From NCBI GenBank assembly GCA_000002435.2, contig CM018789.1: 64,000 nt of DNA; one strand, written 5' to 3'. Under the pieces are notes generated by a model, which had not been told where the DNA came from, did not search any database, and saw only the letters and a program-made list of their open reading frames with translations. A program made the position numbers and the translations under genes. Origin of the DNA: Giardia intestinalis. Its lineage: Eukaryota. This document shows, piece by piece, positions 1 through 9,224 of the stretch; the stretch's first letter is position 1; each line of letters starts with the position of its first letter.

Positions 1-73
1 TCTTGGAGGCCTCGTTAACTTCCTGGAGCTCCTCTACCTGGTCTGCGGCCAGGGCAGCGACCTCGTCAGTCAT
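1..73 (-). CDS. 5' end (N-terminus, about 24 codons) of an unknown gene that continues past the left edge of the window
   Basis: Minus-strand ATG at 71-73 opens a stop-free frame reading MTDEVAALAADQVEELQEVNEASK to position 1. An AT-rich stretch at 74-133 lies upstream, between it and the stop of the next minus-strand gene. Confidence 0.3.
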   Translation of the reverse strand, partial: MTDEVAALAADQVEELQEVNEASK

Positions 74-133
74 TTATTTATTTTGAGATGAGTTAAAGAC
101 CTATAGATATGCTTTTTATGGACGTAGAGGGAG

Positions 134-2980
134 TTAGATAAATCCCTCGTCAATGGGCATGTCTCCACTGTCATTCTCAAAATAGTCAGCTAGCCTTTCA
201 TTGTCCTGGTCCTCCAGGTCGTATGTGCAGTCCCTACTAAAGGCCTTCCGGGGGAGCTGATTATCCTGGCTTCCAGTCAGATAGACCCCCGGGCCAATAT
301 CGTCCAACTCACGGACCCCGTCCGCTCCCAACTCACTTTCTCCACATGTGGTCACTGCTGATGCATGCGGCGGCTCGCTCACCTGTGGTCTGTTCAATAT
401 GCCAGACAACAAGTAGATTGCATCCGGATCTCTGACTAAGCCCATGGTTATGGTGCGCACGTCCTGATCTGTAATTAGCAGAGCCCTTCTTGTTTGATTG
501 AGCAACCTTGCAAGGAAATGATTGGTCAATTGCTCCAGATTGGAAAACTGTAACTCAAACTTAGATAGCCCAAGAGTCCAATCTTCTGTGTACAGATTGG
601 GGAGGAGAAGTGTGCGGAGTTCATAGATGATAGAGGGCAGCATACCTGGACCCCTACTATACAGGACTTGTAGAGCGTTTAGAGGCATGCTAGAGATCCA
701 TTGCAATATCCTTCCAGATATATTAATTGTGTACTGAAGCGCCTTACTGGCCACAGCACGATGGGTACCAGAAGACATAGGTGAGGTAACAAAGGCCAAG
801 GTGGCGTGGATGGCGCTAGCGTGAAGATATAGTAGTGATGCTAGAGAGTGTACGGTCAGGCCTTGAAGACCGCTGGGCTGTTGGTGTATGCCCTGGGCTT
901 TCAGCTCTTCAAGGTATTCTGTCTGAACGGATCTCTCTTCGTCTGTTTGGGGCAAAAACTTACTAATAGCATGTATTGCCACGGTATTATCTCTGGTTAC
1001 CTTATGATAAGTCTTTGGTCCGTGCTGTGAGAGATTACCGACATAGCCAGGATCGTGATCGCTTTTAAGGCCGGATGGCTTAGTGATAATAGTACTAGAC
1101 ATTTTAATTAGGTCCACTAGGACAGCATTTAGAGCTTGGGTGGTATAGGGAAGCAGGACAAATCCAAACGAATAGTTAAGCCTACACAGAACAGCTAAGG
1201 AAACGTGAAGCATAGTTGACGTATTGACTTGCGTGAAAGTTAGTCTATCGACCAATAGCCGCCCCGTAAAGTCAGCTAGTTGGCCCATGAATTGCCCTGT
1301 GAAGAAGGCATCCTTTATCCCAGGTCCAACTAAACATAGAACGGAGGCCGCATGCACCAAAAATGCGAATGTTCGCGGCCGCTTCGAGGCAACCGTTAAT
1401 TCCAGAAGCTCTGTCGTCGGCTCTATTGATAGATTTGCCAGAAGCTGCAGTCGATTCAGTATGGTGTACGCAGGCGAAAGGTATCTGGTAAGCGCGCTGT
1501 TTGCCGAACTATGCACTTCTTTACGTTGGCTAGTGAGGATCTGCTGTTCTATAACTGTCTTCCCACAGGTGTATGACATGCTTTCTGCCAACAACTGTTT
1601 AATAGTACCAATCAAGTTTTTGCTGATCATAGTAGCTACCGTTCTAATTGAGACATCAGCGTCCGTTTTAAGGTTCTCCGCACTCTCCGTTGGGTCACAG
1701 AGTGTATTATCTTCTTGGATTGCTAGGAGGCAAGTGTCTATTAAAGAAACCAAACACTCTGGTAGCGTCCCAGATGTGACAGAAGCAGTTGCTAGCCCAT
1801 CAATTATTCTTGTAGCGGCAACTAACGCTGCTGTTTGCTTAGCACTAGACTTCTGGATATTTATAGTGATGTTGTCCGTTAGCTTCGAAAGATGCGGAGA
1901 TGGCCTTCTAGACGGACTACCAATATACCGTCCATTCGCGCTGCCGCGTTGCTGTATCTGCATAGACGATGTCCATGGAGAGATTGGTATATATGCATTA
2001 GTGCTCTTAGACTGCACTGACAAGTAATCGGTACAGTCTTCCACGCCTGGACAGTTTCTAATGGGCAAGACATCGTACAATCTCAAGTACGCAATGTTTC
2101 TTAGGGCAGAGGCGCGCTGAAGACTGTCAGAAAATGCAGATTGAGGTTCCTCTGTGATAAAATAAAGAATGGTTGACGCTGGAAATAACGGTATTATCTC
2201 TAGCAGCGATGGAAATTGAAACGTAATCCTTTGCTGCTGTATTGGCCCAAGTGGTCTTGGTTCATTCTTTTTTCTAAGGCTTGATTGCCGCGCTTGATGA
2301 GCATATGGGCGTGCAATTGGAGATTTACCTCGTGTGGTGGTTCTCTCCATTCGACTCTGTTGTTTATGATTGGATCCGTGGGCTTGGGTAGCATCTGACT
2401 GCACTTTCTGTGAGCTCACTGCCATGACCTCCGGGCTCTGAGAAGCTTGAGAGCCATCCTTTCTATTTGCCAAAGCACTTACTAATTTGTCTGGGCGAAA
2501 TCCAGAAGCAATCAGTGCCTCTGTGCTGGAGGAAAAGGAGGGCTTTTCTCTTTTTTCTACAGGGACACCTAAATCTATGACCAATGGCCGTTGTACCGTT
2601 CTTCTTGTAGAGTGTGTTGTTTCTGCGTCTACTTGAAGATGGTTGGTGCTACTTTGCAGCTGATTAGACGCTAGGATATAGTTTGTCAACGCCTTGAATT
2701 TCTCTACGGATCTAGCAGACGGTGACACAACTCTTCTTGACGGTGATATAGGTTTATGAGTATGGATCTTTTCTAAGTGAGTAGTATCAAGGTAGTATCC
2801 ATGCTGGGGGTTGATACCCTTTATCACCTCAGGGTTCCAAATCCCTCTAGTCAAGGAGACCTTGTGCTGCGGTGAAGCACTGGTTAAGTCGGTTACTACC
2901 GAGACTGCACTAGAACTCCGGTAGCGTTGAACGGCCGGTTTATCATTGTCCATTCTATCGAAATTGAAACTGAAAGACAA
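134..2980 (-). CDS. hypothetical protein, 948 aa, no recognisable domain
   Basis: Long uninterrupted ORF. The plus-strand ORF antisense to it (1224..2027) is much shorter and low-complexity. The N-terminal ATG overlaps the divergent neighbour by 35 nt, so either start may be over-extended. Confidence 0.6.
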   Translation of the reverse strand: MSFSFNFDRMDNDKPAVQRYRSSSAVSVVTDLTSASPQHKVSLTRGIWNPEVIKGINPQHGYYLDTTHLEKIHTHKPISPSRRVVSPSARSVEKFKALTNYILASNQLQSSTNHLQVDAETTHSTRRTVQRPLVIDLGVPVEKREKPSFSSSTEALIASGFRPDKLVSALANRKDGSQASQSPEVMAVSSQKVQSDATQAHGSNHKQQSRMERTTTRGKSPIARPYAHQARQSSLRKKNEPRPLGPIQQQRITFQFPSLLEIIPLFPASTILYFITEEPQSAFSDSLQRASALRNIAYLRLYDVLPIRNCPGVEDCTDYLSVQSKSTNAYIPISPWTSSMQIQQRGSANGRYIGSPSRRPSPHLSKLTDNITINIQKSSAKQTAALVAATRIIDGLATASVTSGTLPECLVSLIDTCLLAIQEDNTLCDPTESAENLKTDADVSIRTVATMISKNLIGTIKQLLAESMSYTCGKTVIEQQILTSQRKEVHSSANSALTRYLSPAYTILNRLQLLANLSIEPTTELLELTVASKRPRTFAFLVHAASVLCLVGPGIKDAFFTGQFMGQLADFTGRLLVDRLTFTQVNTSTMLHVSLAVLCRLNYSFGFVLLPYTTQALNAVLVDLIKMSSTIITKPSGLKSDHDPGYVGNLSQHGPKTYHKVTRDNTVAIHAISKFLPQTDEERSVQTEYLEELKAQGIHQQPSGLQGLTVHSLASLLYLHASAIHATLAFVTSPMSSGTHRAVASKALQYTINISGRILQWISSMPLNALQVLYSRGPGMLPSIIYELRTLLLPNLYTEDWTLGLSKFELQFSNLEQLTNHFLARLLNQTRRALLITDQDVRTITMGLVRDPDAIYLLSGILNRPQVSEPPHASAVTTCGESELGADGVRELDDIGPGVYLTGSQDNQLPRKAFSRDCTYDLEDQDNERLADYFENDSGDMPIDEGFI

Positions 2981-3632
2981 ATTCCATATGCTAAGCGCAG
3001 AAGAGGCAGTTCTTTACGATCGCCAGTTGCGTGCATTTGGTGCATCTACCCAGCAGCTTCTTAGTCGATCAGTCGTCGTCATTGAGTTAAGGGACCAGTT
3101 ATTTGAGGAGCTCGCAAAGACATGCGCCATTCTGGGATTCCACACTCTGATTTGCCTTGGCCGGCAAAAGAGCAATGCATTTGATCTGCGCAACTTGAAT
3201 CGATACTGTACTGTTGAAGTTGTAGATACGAGCTCTTCTGTCTCCACGGCCCTGACGGAAGCGGTTAGATATCGTGCAACAGACGCTGTATATTTCTTAT
3301 TAGCATCATCTTCGTTGTATGACGATCTGCATGAGTGTATTTCATCTTTAAGCACTGCTCATTCGCGCCCTCAGCCCTACTTTCTAAACTTTACTCAAGA
3401 AGACCCGTCCATGCTCCAAGTCTCTATTGACAAAAGGCCTGATGACTCTTACACACTAAGTGAGCACTGTGAGATAGAAGATATGTGCTTTCTTGCTGAT
3501 ATGCTTGGATATTTTCTCTTTAATCTCCTTCGTAGTCGTGCAGACACTGATGCGGAGCACACCGGGCAGCCTCCTCCGTGCTCCTGTACATTGAGACGAG
3601 ATGGGCTATTCTGGAAAATAACTAACGGTTAG
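2946..3632 (+). CDS. hypothetical protein. The N-terminus carries a weak ThiF/E1-like 'LYDRQLRxFG' motif, possibly a ubiquitin-like-activating-enzyme regulatory-subunit relic
   Basis: ORF of 228 aa. The more likely start is the internal Met at 2985 (MLSAEEAVLYDRQLRAFG...), which removes the overlap with 134..2980. The motif match is short and the call uncertain. Confidence 0.45.
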   Translation: MSILSKLKLKDKFHMLSAEEAVLYDRQLRAFGASTQQLLSRSVVVIELRDQLFEELAKTCAILGFHTLICLGRQKSNAFDLRNLNRYCTVEVVDTSSSVSTALTEAVRYRATDAVYFLLASSSLYDDLHECISSLSTAHSRPQPYFLNFTQEDPSMLQVSIDKRPDDSYTLSEHCEIEDMCFLADMLGYFLFNLLRSRADTDAEHTGQPPPCSCTLRRDGLFWKITNG

Positions 3633-3657
3633 AATACTTCATTGGCGTTTACCCTGG

Positions 3658-4323
3658 TCACTTGCGTTTGCGTCTAGAATTCTTTCCAGTGTTAGCGTAG
3701 AAAATGTTCTCCTTGGGAACCCCAGCTGCAACGAAGATGGCTGCAACCTCCTTCGTATACTTTCCCTGAATGGTTATAATGTCCCCGCCCAATTGGTCCA
3801 AGACTGTTTCAGAAACAGCACACGCAAGGGCTTTGCGCAACGTTATCATTATGTTTTTCGGCTCAATGCTAAAGTCTTCATAGTTGAATACCTGTGTCAC
3901 ACCCTTCTTGTTTCCCCGTTTAGCGAACCGTATTTGCAAAACTGGGACGTATCCCTCCTGCCTCTTTACGTGAGGCTTTATCGGGACACCGAAGGGAGGA
4001 ACTTTTGCCTTATCGTATGCAAAGCAGGTGATGCCATTATCTCTTGCGGCATCTTCCTCTTCCTCACCTTCCTCCTCACTTTCTTCGGCCTCCTCTTCAG
4101 TCTTTTCATGCTGTTCTGGCCCTTCACTTTCAACTTTGTCCGGAGCATTGTCGTTCACATCATCTCTATTAAGGTGCGGATAGACAAGTGCCCATAGAGC
4201 CTCGTCCTCTCGCTTGAGCACGGCCTCGCACCCCAGCTCTGCTTGCTTTGACGGCTTTCGATACTTGCAATAATGCACCGGCCAGCCGCAGCACGAGCAG
4301 TAGCGGACATCGACGGCCTCCAT
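3658..4323 (-). CDS. DENR: density-regulated protein / TMA22-like translation reinitiation factor (N-terminal Cys-rich zinc motif plus C-terminal SUI1 domain)
   Basis: N-terminus VRYCSCCGWPVHYCKY...GCEAVL matches the DENR zinc-binding Cys motif. There is an acidic linker (EEEAEESEEEGEEEED). The C-terminal 90 aa (ITIQG...KEVAAIF...) has the SUI1/eIF1 fold signature. Length is 221 aa. Confidence 0.75.
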   Translation of the reverse strand: MEAVDVRYCSCCGWPVHYCKYRKPSKQAELGCEAVLKREDEALWALVYPHLNRDDVNDNAPDKVESEGPEQHEKTEEEAEESEEEGEEEEDAARDNGITCFAYDKAKVPPFGVPIKPHVKRQEGYVPVLQIRFAKRGNKKGVTQVFNYEDFSIEPKNIMITLRKALACAVSETVLDQLGGDIITIQGKYTKEVAAIFVAAGVPKENIFYANTGKNSRRKRK

Positions 4324-4340
4324 CCAAAAATTTAATTAAA
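4324..4340. promoter_or_regulatory. 17-bp AT-rich bidirectional promoter/initiator region between divergent start codons
   Basis: Sequence CCAAAAATTTAATTAAA lies between the minus ATG at 4321-4323 and the plus ATG at 4341. Diplomonad promoters are short AT-rich initiators. Confidence 0.4.
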
Positions 4341-4700
4341 ATGCCGAGACCGTATGATCCGGATCTTTTAAACGCTATCTTGAACTCTCTCCCAGCTGGG
4401 ACAAAAATTTCGAAGATATATTACCTGCCTAGTATTTCTTCCGGAGATAACTACGATCAGATCCCCGTACTGCTGCCCAAATGGAAGGCCAACGAAATTC
4501 TTAGGTGGATTGAGAGCGAGGCGAACAAACTGACTACTAAGGCTGATGCCAGATTTGGAAAACCTCTGGTGCGCGAGACCAAACGAACCCGGCCGACCTT
4601 CATCGACCCAACCGATCTCCACACAGGCACAGACGTGGTTGGCATAAGGACAGGATCATTACCACGGAATACATTTACTGCTCCCGATAGCCTAGATTAA
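4341..4700 (+). CDS. hypothetical small protein of about 119 aa (MPRPYDPDLLNAILNSLPAGTK...)
   Basis: The ORF track extends it to 4248, but that extension is antisense to the conserved Cys-motif N-terminus of the DENR gene. The internal ATG at 4341 is the plausible start. Confidence 0.45.
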   Translation: MPRPYDPDLLNAILNSLPAGTKISKIYYLPSISSGDNYDQIPVLLPKWKANEILRWIESEANKLTTKADARFGKPLVRETKRTRPTFIDPTDLHTGTDVVGIRTGSLPRNTFTAPDSLD

Positions 4701-4782
4701 TCCCTTCTGGTGCGCACCGAAGAAGGCAATGGATGGGGTGATGGGGTTCTCCTTTTTCCAAGAATTCTCTGCAAGCGGCCGA

Positions 4783-5205
4783 TCACACATTGACCGTTGC
4801 ACGGAAGCTATCTGCGTCTGTTTTAAAGTAGCGTCCTTTGAAGAATTGTGATGTGAGCTTATAGCTCTCGTCGTACGCGTCCAGGACGTAATTTGGCTCA
4901 ATCTGGCGGCATATTGAATAAATGGACTGTATACATTCAAAAAAGATCAAGTTCTTCTGGGGGAGGGAGGGGAGAGCGCGCTCCAGAAGCTTGCGCATGG
5001 CATCCTCCTCTTCGTCGTTCTTCACGTAGAACATCAAAAGGACTATGCACCCTTTGTCAACCAGCTTTGAGACGTGGGCGACGTTGGCGGCATTCAAATT
5101 CCCGGTGGAGTCGACGAGGTTTATGTTGCCCGTAATCAAAAGTGTATTTCCAGACTTGGGTGCTATGGTCATCTTATTTTCACGGATGGTTTTATGCAAT
5201 TTCAT
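4783..5205 (-). CDS. hypothetical protein, 140 aa
   Basis: Clean ORF filling the gap between flanking genes, with a divergent AT-rich promoter upstream (5206-5404). No confident family assignment. Confidence 0.45.
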   Translation of the reverse strand: MKLHKTIRENKMTIAPKSGNTLLITGNINLVDSTGNLNAANVAHVSKLVDKGCIVLLMFYVKNDEEEDAMRKLLERALPSLPQKNLIFFECIQSIYSICRQIEPNYVLDAYDESYKLTSQFFKGRYFKTDADSFRATVNV

Positions 5206-5404
5206 TTTAAATTCATTTAGAATTGCAATGGTGCAGGGAAATGGCGAAAATTAAAATTTAGCTAAGGAATAGGGTCTGTGACTGCTTACATTCTCATTGC
5301 ATTCCCTGCTGTGCTTGGCCGGTAGAGCTAGAGGGCGAGGCTAAATAACACTGTAATTTATGCTAGATTAAAACAAAAATTCATTCATACAAACGCCTGG
5401 AGGG

Positions 5405-6013
5405 ATGGACCAAATAAACGGGGGGCTTTTTCCTAAGGCACTTGCACTGACGCGGTATGCGTCAAGGGGGCTCATACTAGGCATTATCTCTGCGGCAGGG
5501 GCGGAGCTTGAGAATCAACTTGCAGGGTTTCTGACACGGAGGTACCCCAGATCCCTATTCCTACCAAATGCTCAGAACTCTGTGTCTCGCTTTCTAATGC
5601 CAGTGTGTGCTCCCTTGGCAACCGTTTCTCGCGGCCTTGAAAGGACGTCTGACCTAAACGCTACCCTGGCGCAGAGCGAATCCATCAAGCAGGAGCTCAA
5701 GATGTTTATTCTTCCGCAGATCCGAGAGCTTCTGGCAGAGAACCCCGTCGTTTTGTTCATGAAGGGAACCCCGGACTCACCAGAGTGCGGGTTCTCCAAG
5801 TTTGCTAGTATGCTCTTGAAGTACAACAACATAAGCTTTGTCGGCGTGGACGTGCTTGATGATCCTGCGCTGAGGCAGGGAATTAAACTCTATGGGAACT
5901 GGCCGACCATACCTCAGCTGTACGTCAAAGGGGAGCTCATTGGCGGTTCAGACATAATCCAACAGCTACACGAGTCGGGAGAGCTGCGGAAGGTGTGTGG
6001 CCTACCAGACTAA
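5405..6013 (+). CDS. GRX5: monothiol glutaredoxin (Grx5-type, CGFS active site) with a long N-terminal extension, probably an organellar (mitosomal) Fe-S assembly protein
   Basis: C-terminal domain VVLFMKGTPDSPECGFSKF...WPTIPQLYVKGELIGGSDI has the CGFS motif, the WPTIPQ/cis-Pro and the GGxD glutathione-binding signature. About 95 aa N-terminal extension that is Arg/Leu-rich (MDQINGGLFPKALALTRYASRGL...). Confidence 0.8.
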   Translation: MDQINGGLFPKALALTRYASRGLILGIISAAGAELENQLAGFLTRRYPRSLFLPNAQNSVSRFLMPVCAPLATVSRGLERTSDLNATLAQSESIKQELKMFILPQIRELLAENPVVLFMKGTPDSPECGFSKFASMLLKYNNISFVGVDVLDDPALRQGIKLYGNWPTIPQLYVKGELIGGSDIIQQLHESGELRKVCGLPD

Positions 6014-6041
6014 AGTTTACTGTGGCTTCTGCGTGTAAAAG

Positions 6042-7175
6042 CTAGTTGGAAGACTTGTGCAAGCTGTGGTATAGATTTTCGAAGCACCAGTTCTCGTTCA
6101 TGTTATAAGTCATGTCTTCGAAGAGTGTCTCTGGAGTCGTATACACAAATTCTATTATGAACTCGTCAAGACTGAAGAGATCGTTAATCGATTCGCCGTC
6201 TGGACCCGTTATGGCATCCGCAGAAAATATCGTATTGCTCTCGGCCAAGAACTGCTTGTGCTTCTCGTTGATTGCTCCCAGCTGTTCTAGAGCGTCTCCA
6301 ACAATGGAATTGATAAAGAATCCCGAGTTATCAATCTGTAAATTTCCGGAGTACATTTGCCAACCTTCTAGAGAGTTTTGGTCAAGCGGGGTGTGAGGCT
6401 CAATCTTGAGGTCCTTCTGCGGTACACCAGAGAGCTTGATATCTGTGTAGCTTACGTTCTGTGCGGCTAACACTATCCGCCTGAGAAATGCATATGTTGG
6501 CAATTCAAAGAACAGCTTAATAAGGATTTGCGAGGGGATTGCAGAAAGGTCTGTGCCAGGAATGGTGACATCGCTTTCACCCGGGCCTATTAGCTGAGTG
6601 ATGGTGGCGCACTTCAAGATGGCTGCAGTTGTGGTATTAACAACGGTAAACAAAGAAATTCCAGAATCCGAGTCTCCTTCGGGGAGGGTTGGAAGCACTG
6701 CCACATGCCAACTGTTGGACTGAAGGGAGATATCTTCTTCGTATAGCAGCACGGCGCAGTGGCCTAAAAGAGTCGGTGCAGGCACTTGGCCTGCTGCCCG
6801 TAGCTTGTCGGCCTTTCGCTTGAGGGCCAATGTGATGGGGTGGTGGGGCTCCAAACCCGGCCACCGAAGAACATGGGGCTGAAGAGTCTTGAAGAACTCT
6901 ATCAAGGTATCATGATCCCCCTCGAGATGTATGATGACAAAGGACCCCAAAACAAAAGTATTTCCATAGAGATATGGCTGCTTTGTTGACGACGGCTGCC
7001 CTCTATAAACTAGACTGGAAATCAAGTCTATCACGTTGATCGGGACCCCCGCGTTTATAGTGCTCACCAATATTGCGCGTGCTGAATAGCGCGGATATGA
7101 AAGGATGCCGGTGCTCTCGTTCCGCGCCAGAAGCGACGAAAAGGCGGTACGGAGCTGGGGAAGACTACCTTTCAT
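6042..7175 (-). CDS. hypothetical protein, 377 aa
   Basis: Long ORF with a divergent AT-rich promoter region (7176-7333) shared with the Cys-rich gene. No recognisable motif. Confidence 0.55.
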   Translation of the reverse strand: MKGSLPQLRTAFSSLLARNESTGILSYPRYSARAILVSTINAGVPINVIDLISSLVYRGQPSSTKQPYLYGNTFVLGSFVIIHLEGDHDTLIEFFKTLQPHVLRWPGLEPHHPITLALKRKADKLRAAGQVPAPTLLGHCAVLLYEEDISLQSNSWHVAVLPTLPEGDSDSGISLFTVVNTTTAAILKCATITQLIGPGESDVTIPGTDLSAIPSQILIKLFFELPTYAFLRRIVLAAQNVSYTDIKLSGVPQKDLKIEPHTPLDQNSLEGWQMYSGNLQIDNSGFFINSIVGDALEQLGAINEKHKQFLAESNTIFSADAITGPDGESINDLFSLDEFIIEFVYTTPETLFEDMTYNMNENWCFENLYHSLHKSSN

Positions 7176-7333
7176 GCAATTTTGTAAAATTAGGCATATT
7201 TATTTTTTAGTTCTCTCTCAAAACATCAGCAAACATCTCTGCGCACTTGAATAGCAGAGAAAAGACAACTTAAGTATTGACCATAAAGTTGTCTGGGATT
7301 TTTTTCTTTTTTATAAAAAGTCAAACTAGTTAA

Positions 7334-9151
7334 ATGCTCCTGCTTGCAGGTCTGCTGGCTTTTGCTCTAGGATCTGACGAGTGTCCTTACTACACCACTA
7401 AGGTAGGCCTCAAGTGCGTGCATAATGGGTGCGTGGTTTTCGACTACCGTGGCATTCCTTCCGAATGTGGGGGCCTGGGATACTGTTCCGAAACACCTGC
7501 TAACTCTTGGGGCTGTGTTTGCATGTATGGGTCTATTGCCGTAGGGAGCAACTGCGTTTCACAATCCTGCGTTAAGCCAGGCACAGACCTTGAGTGTTCC
7601 GGCAACGGAATGTGCATTAGAGAGAAGTGCATCTGCTCTCTCAGGCACAGCGGACTCTACTGTGAGAAACCTATCGACGACCTTTGTCCAAGTAACATGG
7701 TGAGCGCGGAGGGATATTGTGTTGTTGAACGATGCCGAAGTGACAACGGATTGATATGCGGAGGCCGTGGTTACTGTTTCAACAACCCCAAGTACGCTGT
7801 CCCGTGTTCCTGCGATGAGAACTTTGAGTATATTAAGTCCGGGTGTCACCCAACTAACTGTCTCGGAGTGGTAAGCGAGACCAGTGAAGTCCTTGTTTGT
7901 AATGGACACGGTGAGTGTGAGTTTGATGCAGAGAACAGCAAGTGGGGCTGCGATTGTGACGCTGGCTATGTGCGCGCGGGCCACACGTGCGTGCCTCCTA
8001 CTTGCGCTAGCTCTGGCGCTGAGCATATCTGTAGTTCTCATGGATATTGCACGCTTAACTCTGAGACAAACAGCTATTCTTGTCTTTGTCTTCACGGATA
8101 TGCAGGAGACTATTGTGAGATGTGTGCAGAGGACGCCATTCCCATCTGGAGCGGTCTCTGTCTTGCCGGTGCATGTGCCAGCTATGATGACAGTGGTAAC
8201 TTGCTAATATGTAACAACTTGGGAGGTTGCGACGAAGACGCCTCTCTTCCTGCTCCTAGATGCACCTGCTCTGAGGGCGCATTCTTTAAAGACGGCAATT
8301 GCTACCCACTGTACTGCAGGACTGGGCCCCATGAGATATGCTCTAATCACGGGACATGCAGCTATGATGGTTGCAGGTGTGAAGAAGGATATTGCGGTGG
8401 CTATTGTGAGAACAAGGTCATCACTTGTCCTGATGGAGAAACCTTCCTGGACGGGTCTTGCTATCCGTCTGCGTGTGTCATCAACAATACTGTTTGCAGC
8501 TACTTTGGCCAGTGCGTCAGAGACGAGGCGACGGGAACAGCTCGCTGTGTTTGCCCGAAGAATCTTCTCCAAGCAAACGACGGTTCGTGCATCCCAATGG
8601 CATGCATTTTCAATGGAGAGGTGTGTCCAAATATGGGCCCCTGCCAGATTGTCGGCGAGGACGAATATGAGTGCTTCTGTAACTTCATCACCAGCACAAT
8701 CGTTGACGGACAATGTGTGCCATATAAATATCTCAGCAAGAATCTTTTTGGCGAGTATGTCATATGTAATGGCCGTGGGAAGTATGATGTGGGTTCCGAC
8801 AGCTGTATCTGCCACTCACTATACAAGGGGCCTTCCTGTGAGTTCTGCGCGGAGAATGCTGTGGTGATCAATGGAGAGTGCTACCCCATGTCCTGTGTGA
8901 ACATACACCACGACGGGACTGCAGCTGTCTGCGGAAATTATGGTCAGTGTATGCTATCGCACGAGACCCACAATCCTGCCCGTGAAATATACAGCTGCAT
9001 ATGCCGCGGATACAGCCATGAGAGCAACCTCTGCGTCTCCAATGTCTGCATGCCCTTCGTCGACGGTCCTGTGTGCAGCGGCCACGGATACTGCGATGGT
9101 GGCGCCTGTATATGCGATAGCGGATATCGTGGTGTGCAGTGCGAATATTAG
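7334..9151 (+). CDS. secreted high-cysteine EGF-like / tenascin-like repeat protein, with N-terminal signal peptide and no C-terminal TM or CRGKA tail
   Basis: N-terminus MLLLAGLLAFALGS is a signal peptide. About 14% Cys arranged in repeated CxxxGxCxxxxxxCxCxxGYxGxxC EGF-like modules over 605 aa. Ends ...GYRGVQCEY without a hydrophobic anchor. Confidence 0.8.
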   Translation: MLLLAGLLAFALGSDECPYYTTKVGLKCVHNGCVVFDYRGIPSECGGLGYCSETPANSWGCVCMYGSIAVGSNCVSQSCVKPGTDLECSGNGMCIREKCICSLRHSGLYCEKPIDDLCPSNMVSAEGYCVVERCRSDNGLICGGRGYCFNNPKYAVPCSCDENFEYIKSGCHPTNCLGVVSETSEVLVCNGHGECEFDAENSKWGCDCDAGYVRAGHTCVPPTCASSGAEHICSSHGYCTLNSETNSYSCLCLHGYAGDYCEMCAEDAIPIWSGLCLAGACASYDDSGNLLICNNLGGCDEDASLPAPRCTCSEGAFFKDGNCYPLYCRTGPHEICSNHGTCSYDGCRCEEGYCGGYCENKVITCPDGETFLDGSCYPSACVINNTVCSYFGQCVRDEATGTARCVCPKNLLQANDGSCIPMACIFNGEVCPNMGPCQIVGEDEYECFCNFITSTIVDGQCVPYKYLSKNLFGEYVICNGRGKYDVGSDSCICHSLYKGPSCEFCAENAVVINGECYPMSCVNIHHDGTAAVCGNYGQCMLSHETHNPAREIYSCICRGYSHESNLCVSNVCMPFVDGPVCSGHGYCDGGACICDSGYRGVQCEY

Positions 9152-9171
9152 AAACTTTATTTTGAGATGTA

Positions 9172-9178
9172 AGTGAAT
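9172..9178 (+). promoter_or_regulatory. putative Giardia-type polyadenylation signal (AGTRAAY) 21 nt after the stop of the Cys-rich gene
   Basis: AGTGAAT matches the AGTPuAAPy consensus and lies immediately 3' of the stop at 9149-9151. Confidence 0.4.
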
Positions 9179-9224
9179 ACCTTGAGGTTTTTCACCTAGT
9201 CCTTTTTCTCCAAAAAAAAAGTCC

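Noticed and set aside
1224-2027. 267-aa plus-strand ORF antisense to the 948-aa gene
   Set aside because: It lies entirely inside the much longer minus-strand ORF. Its composition is Cys/Ser/Val-rich with no motif. It is most likely a shadow ORF.
2946-3632. Assigning the 228-aa protein as a SUMO/NEDD8 E1 regulatory subunit on the basis of the LYDRQLRxFG motif
   Set aside because: A single short motif, a protein about 100 aa shorter than Aos1/Ula1, and weak downstream similarity. It is kept as hypothetical with a note.
7559-8867. Several long antisense or alternate-frame ORFs (7559..8095, 7884..8207, 8204..8815, 8331..8867, 8500..8871) inside the Cys-rich gene
   Set aside because: They are an artefact of the repetitive GC-rich Cys/Gly codons of the EGF-like repeats. 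The translated products are low-complexity Ala/Arg/Val-rich, and the plus-strand frame carries a coherent signal peptide and repeat structure.
7334-9151. Calling the Cys-rich protein a variant-specific surface protein (VSP)
   Set aside because: It lacks the C-terminal TM helix and the invariant CRGKA tail, and the CXXC spacing is EGF-like. A secreted tenascin-like or high-cysteine protein fits better.
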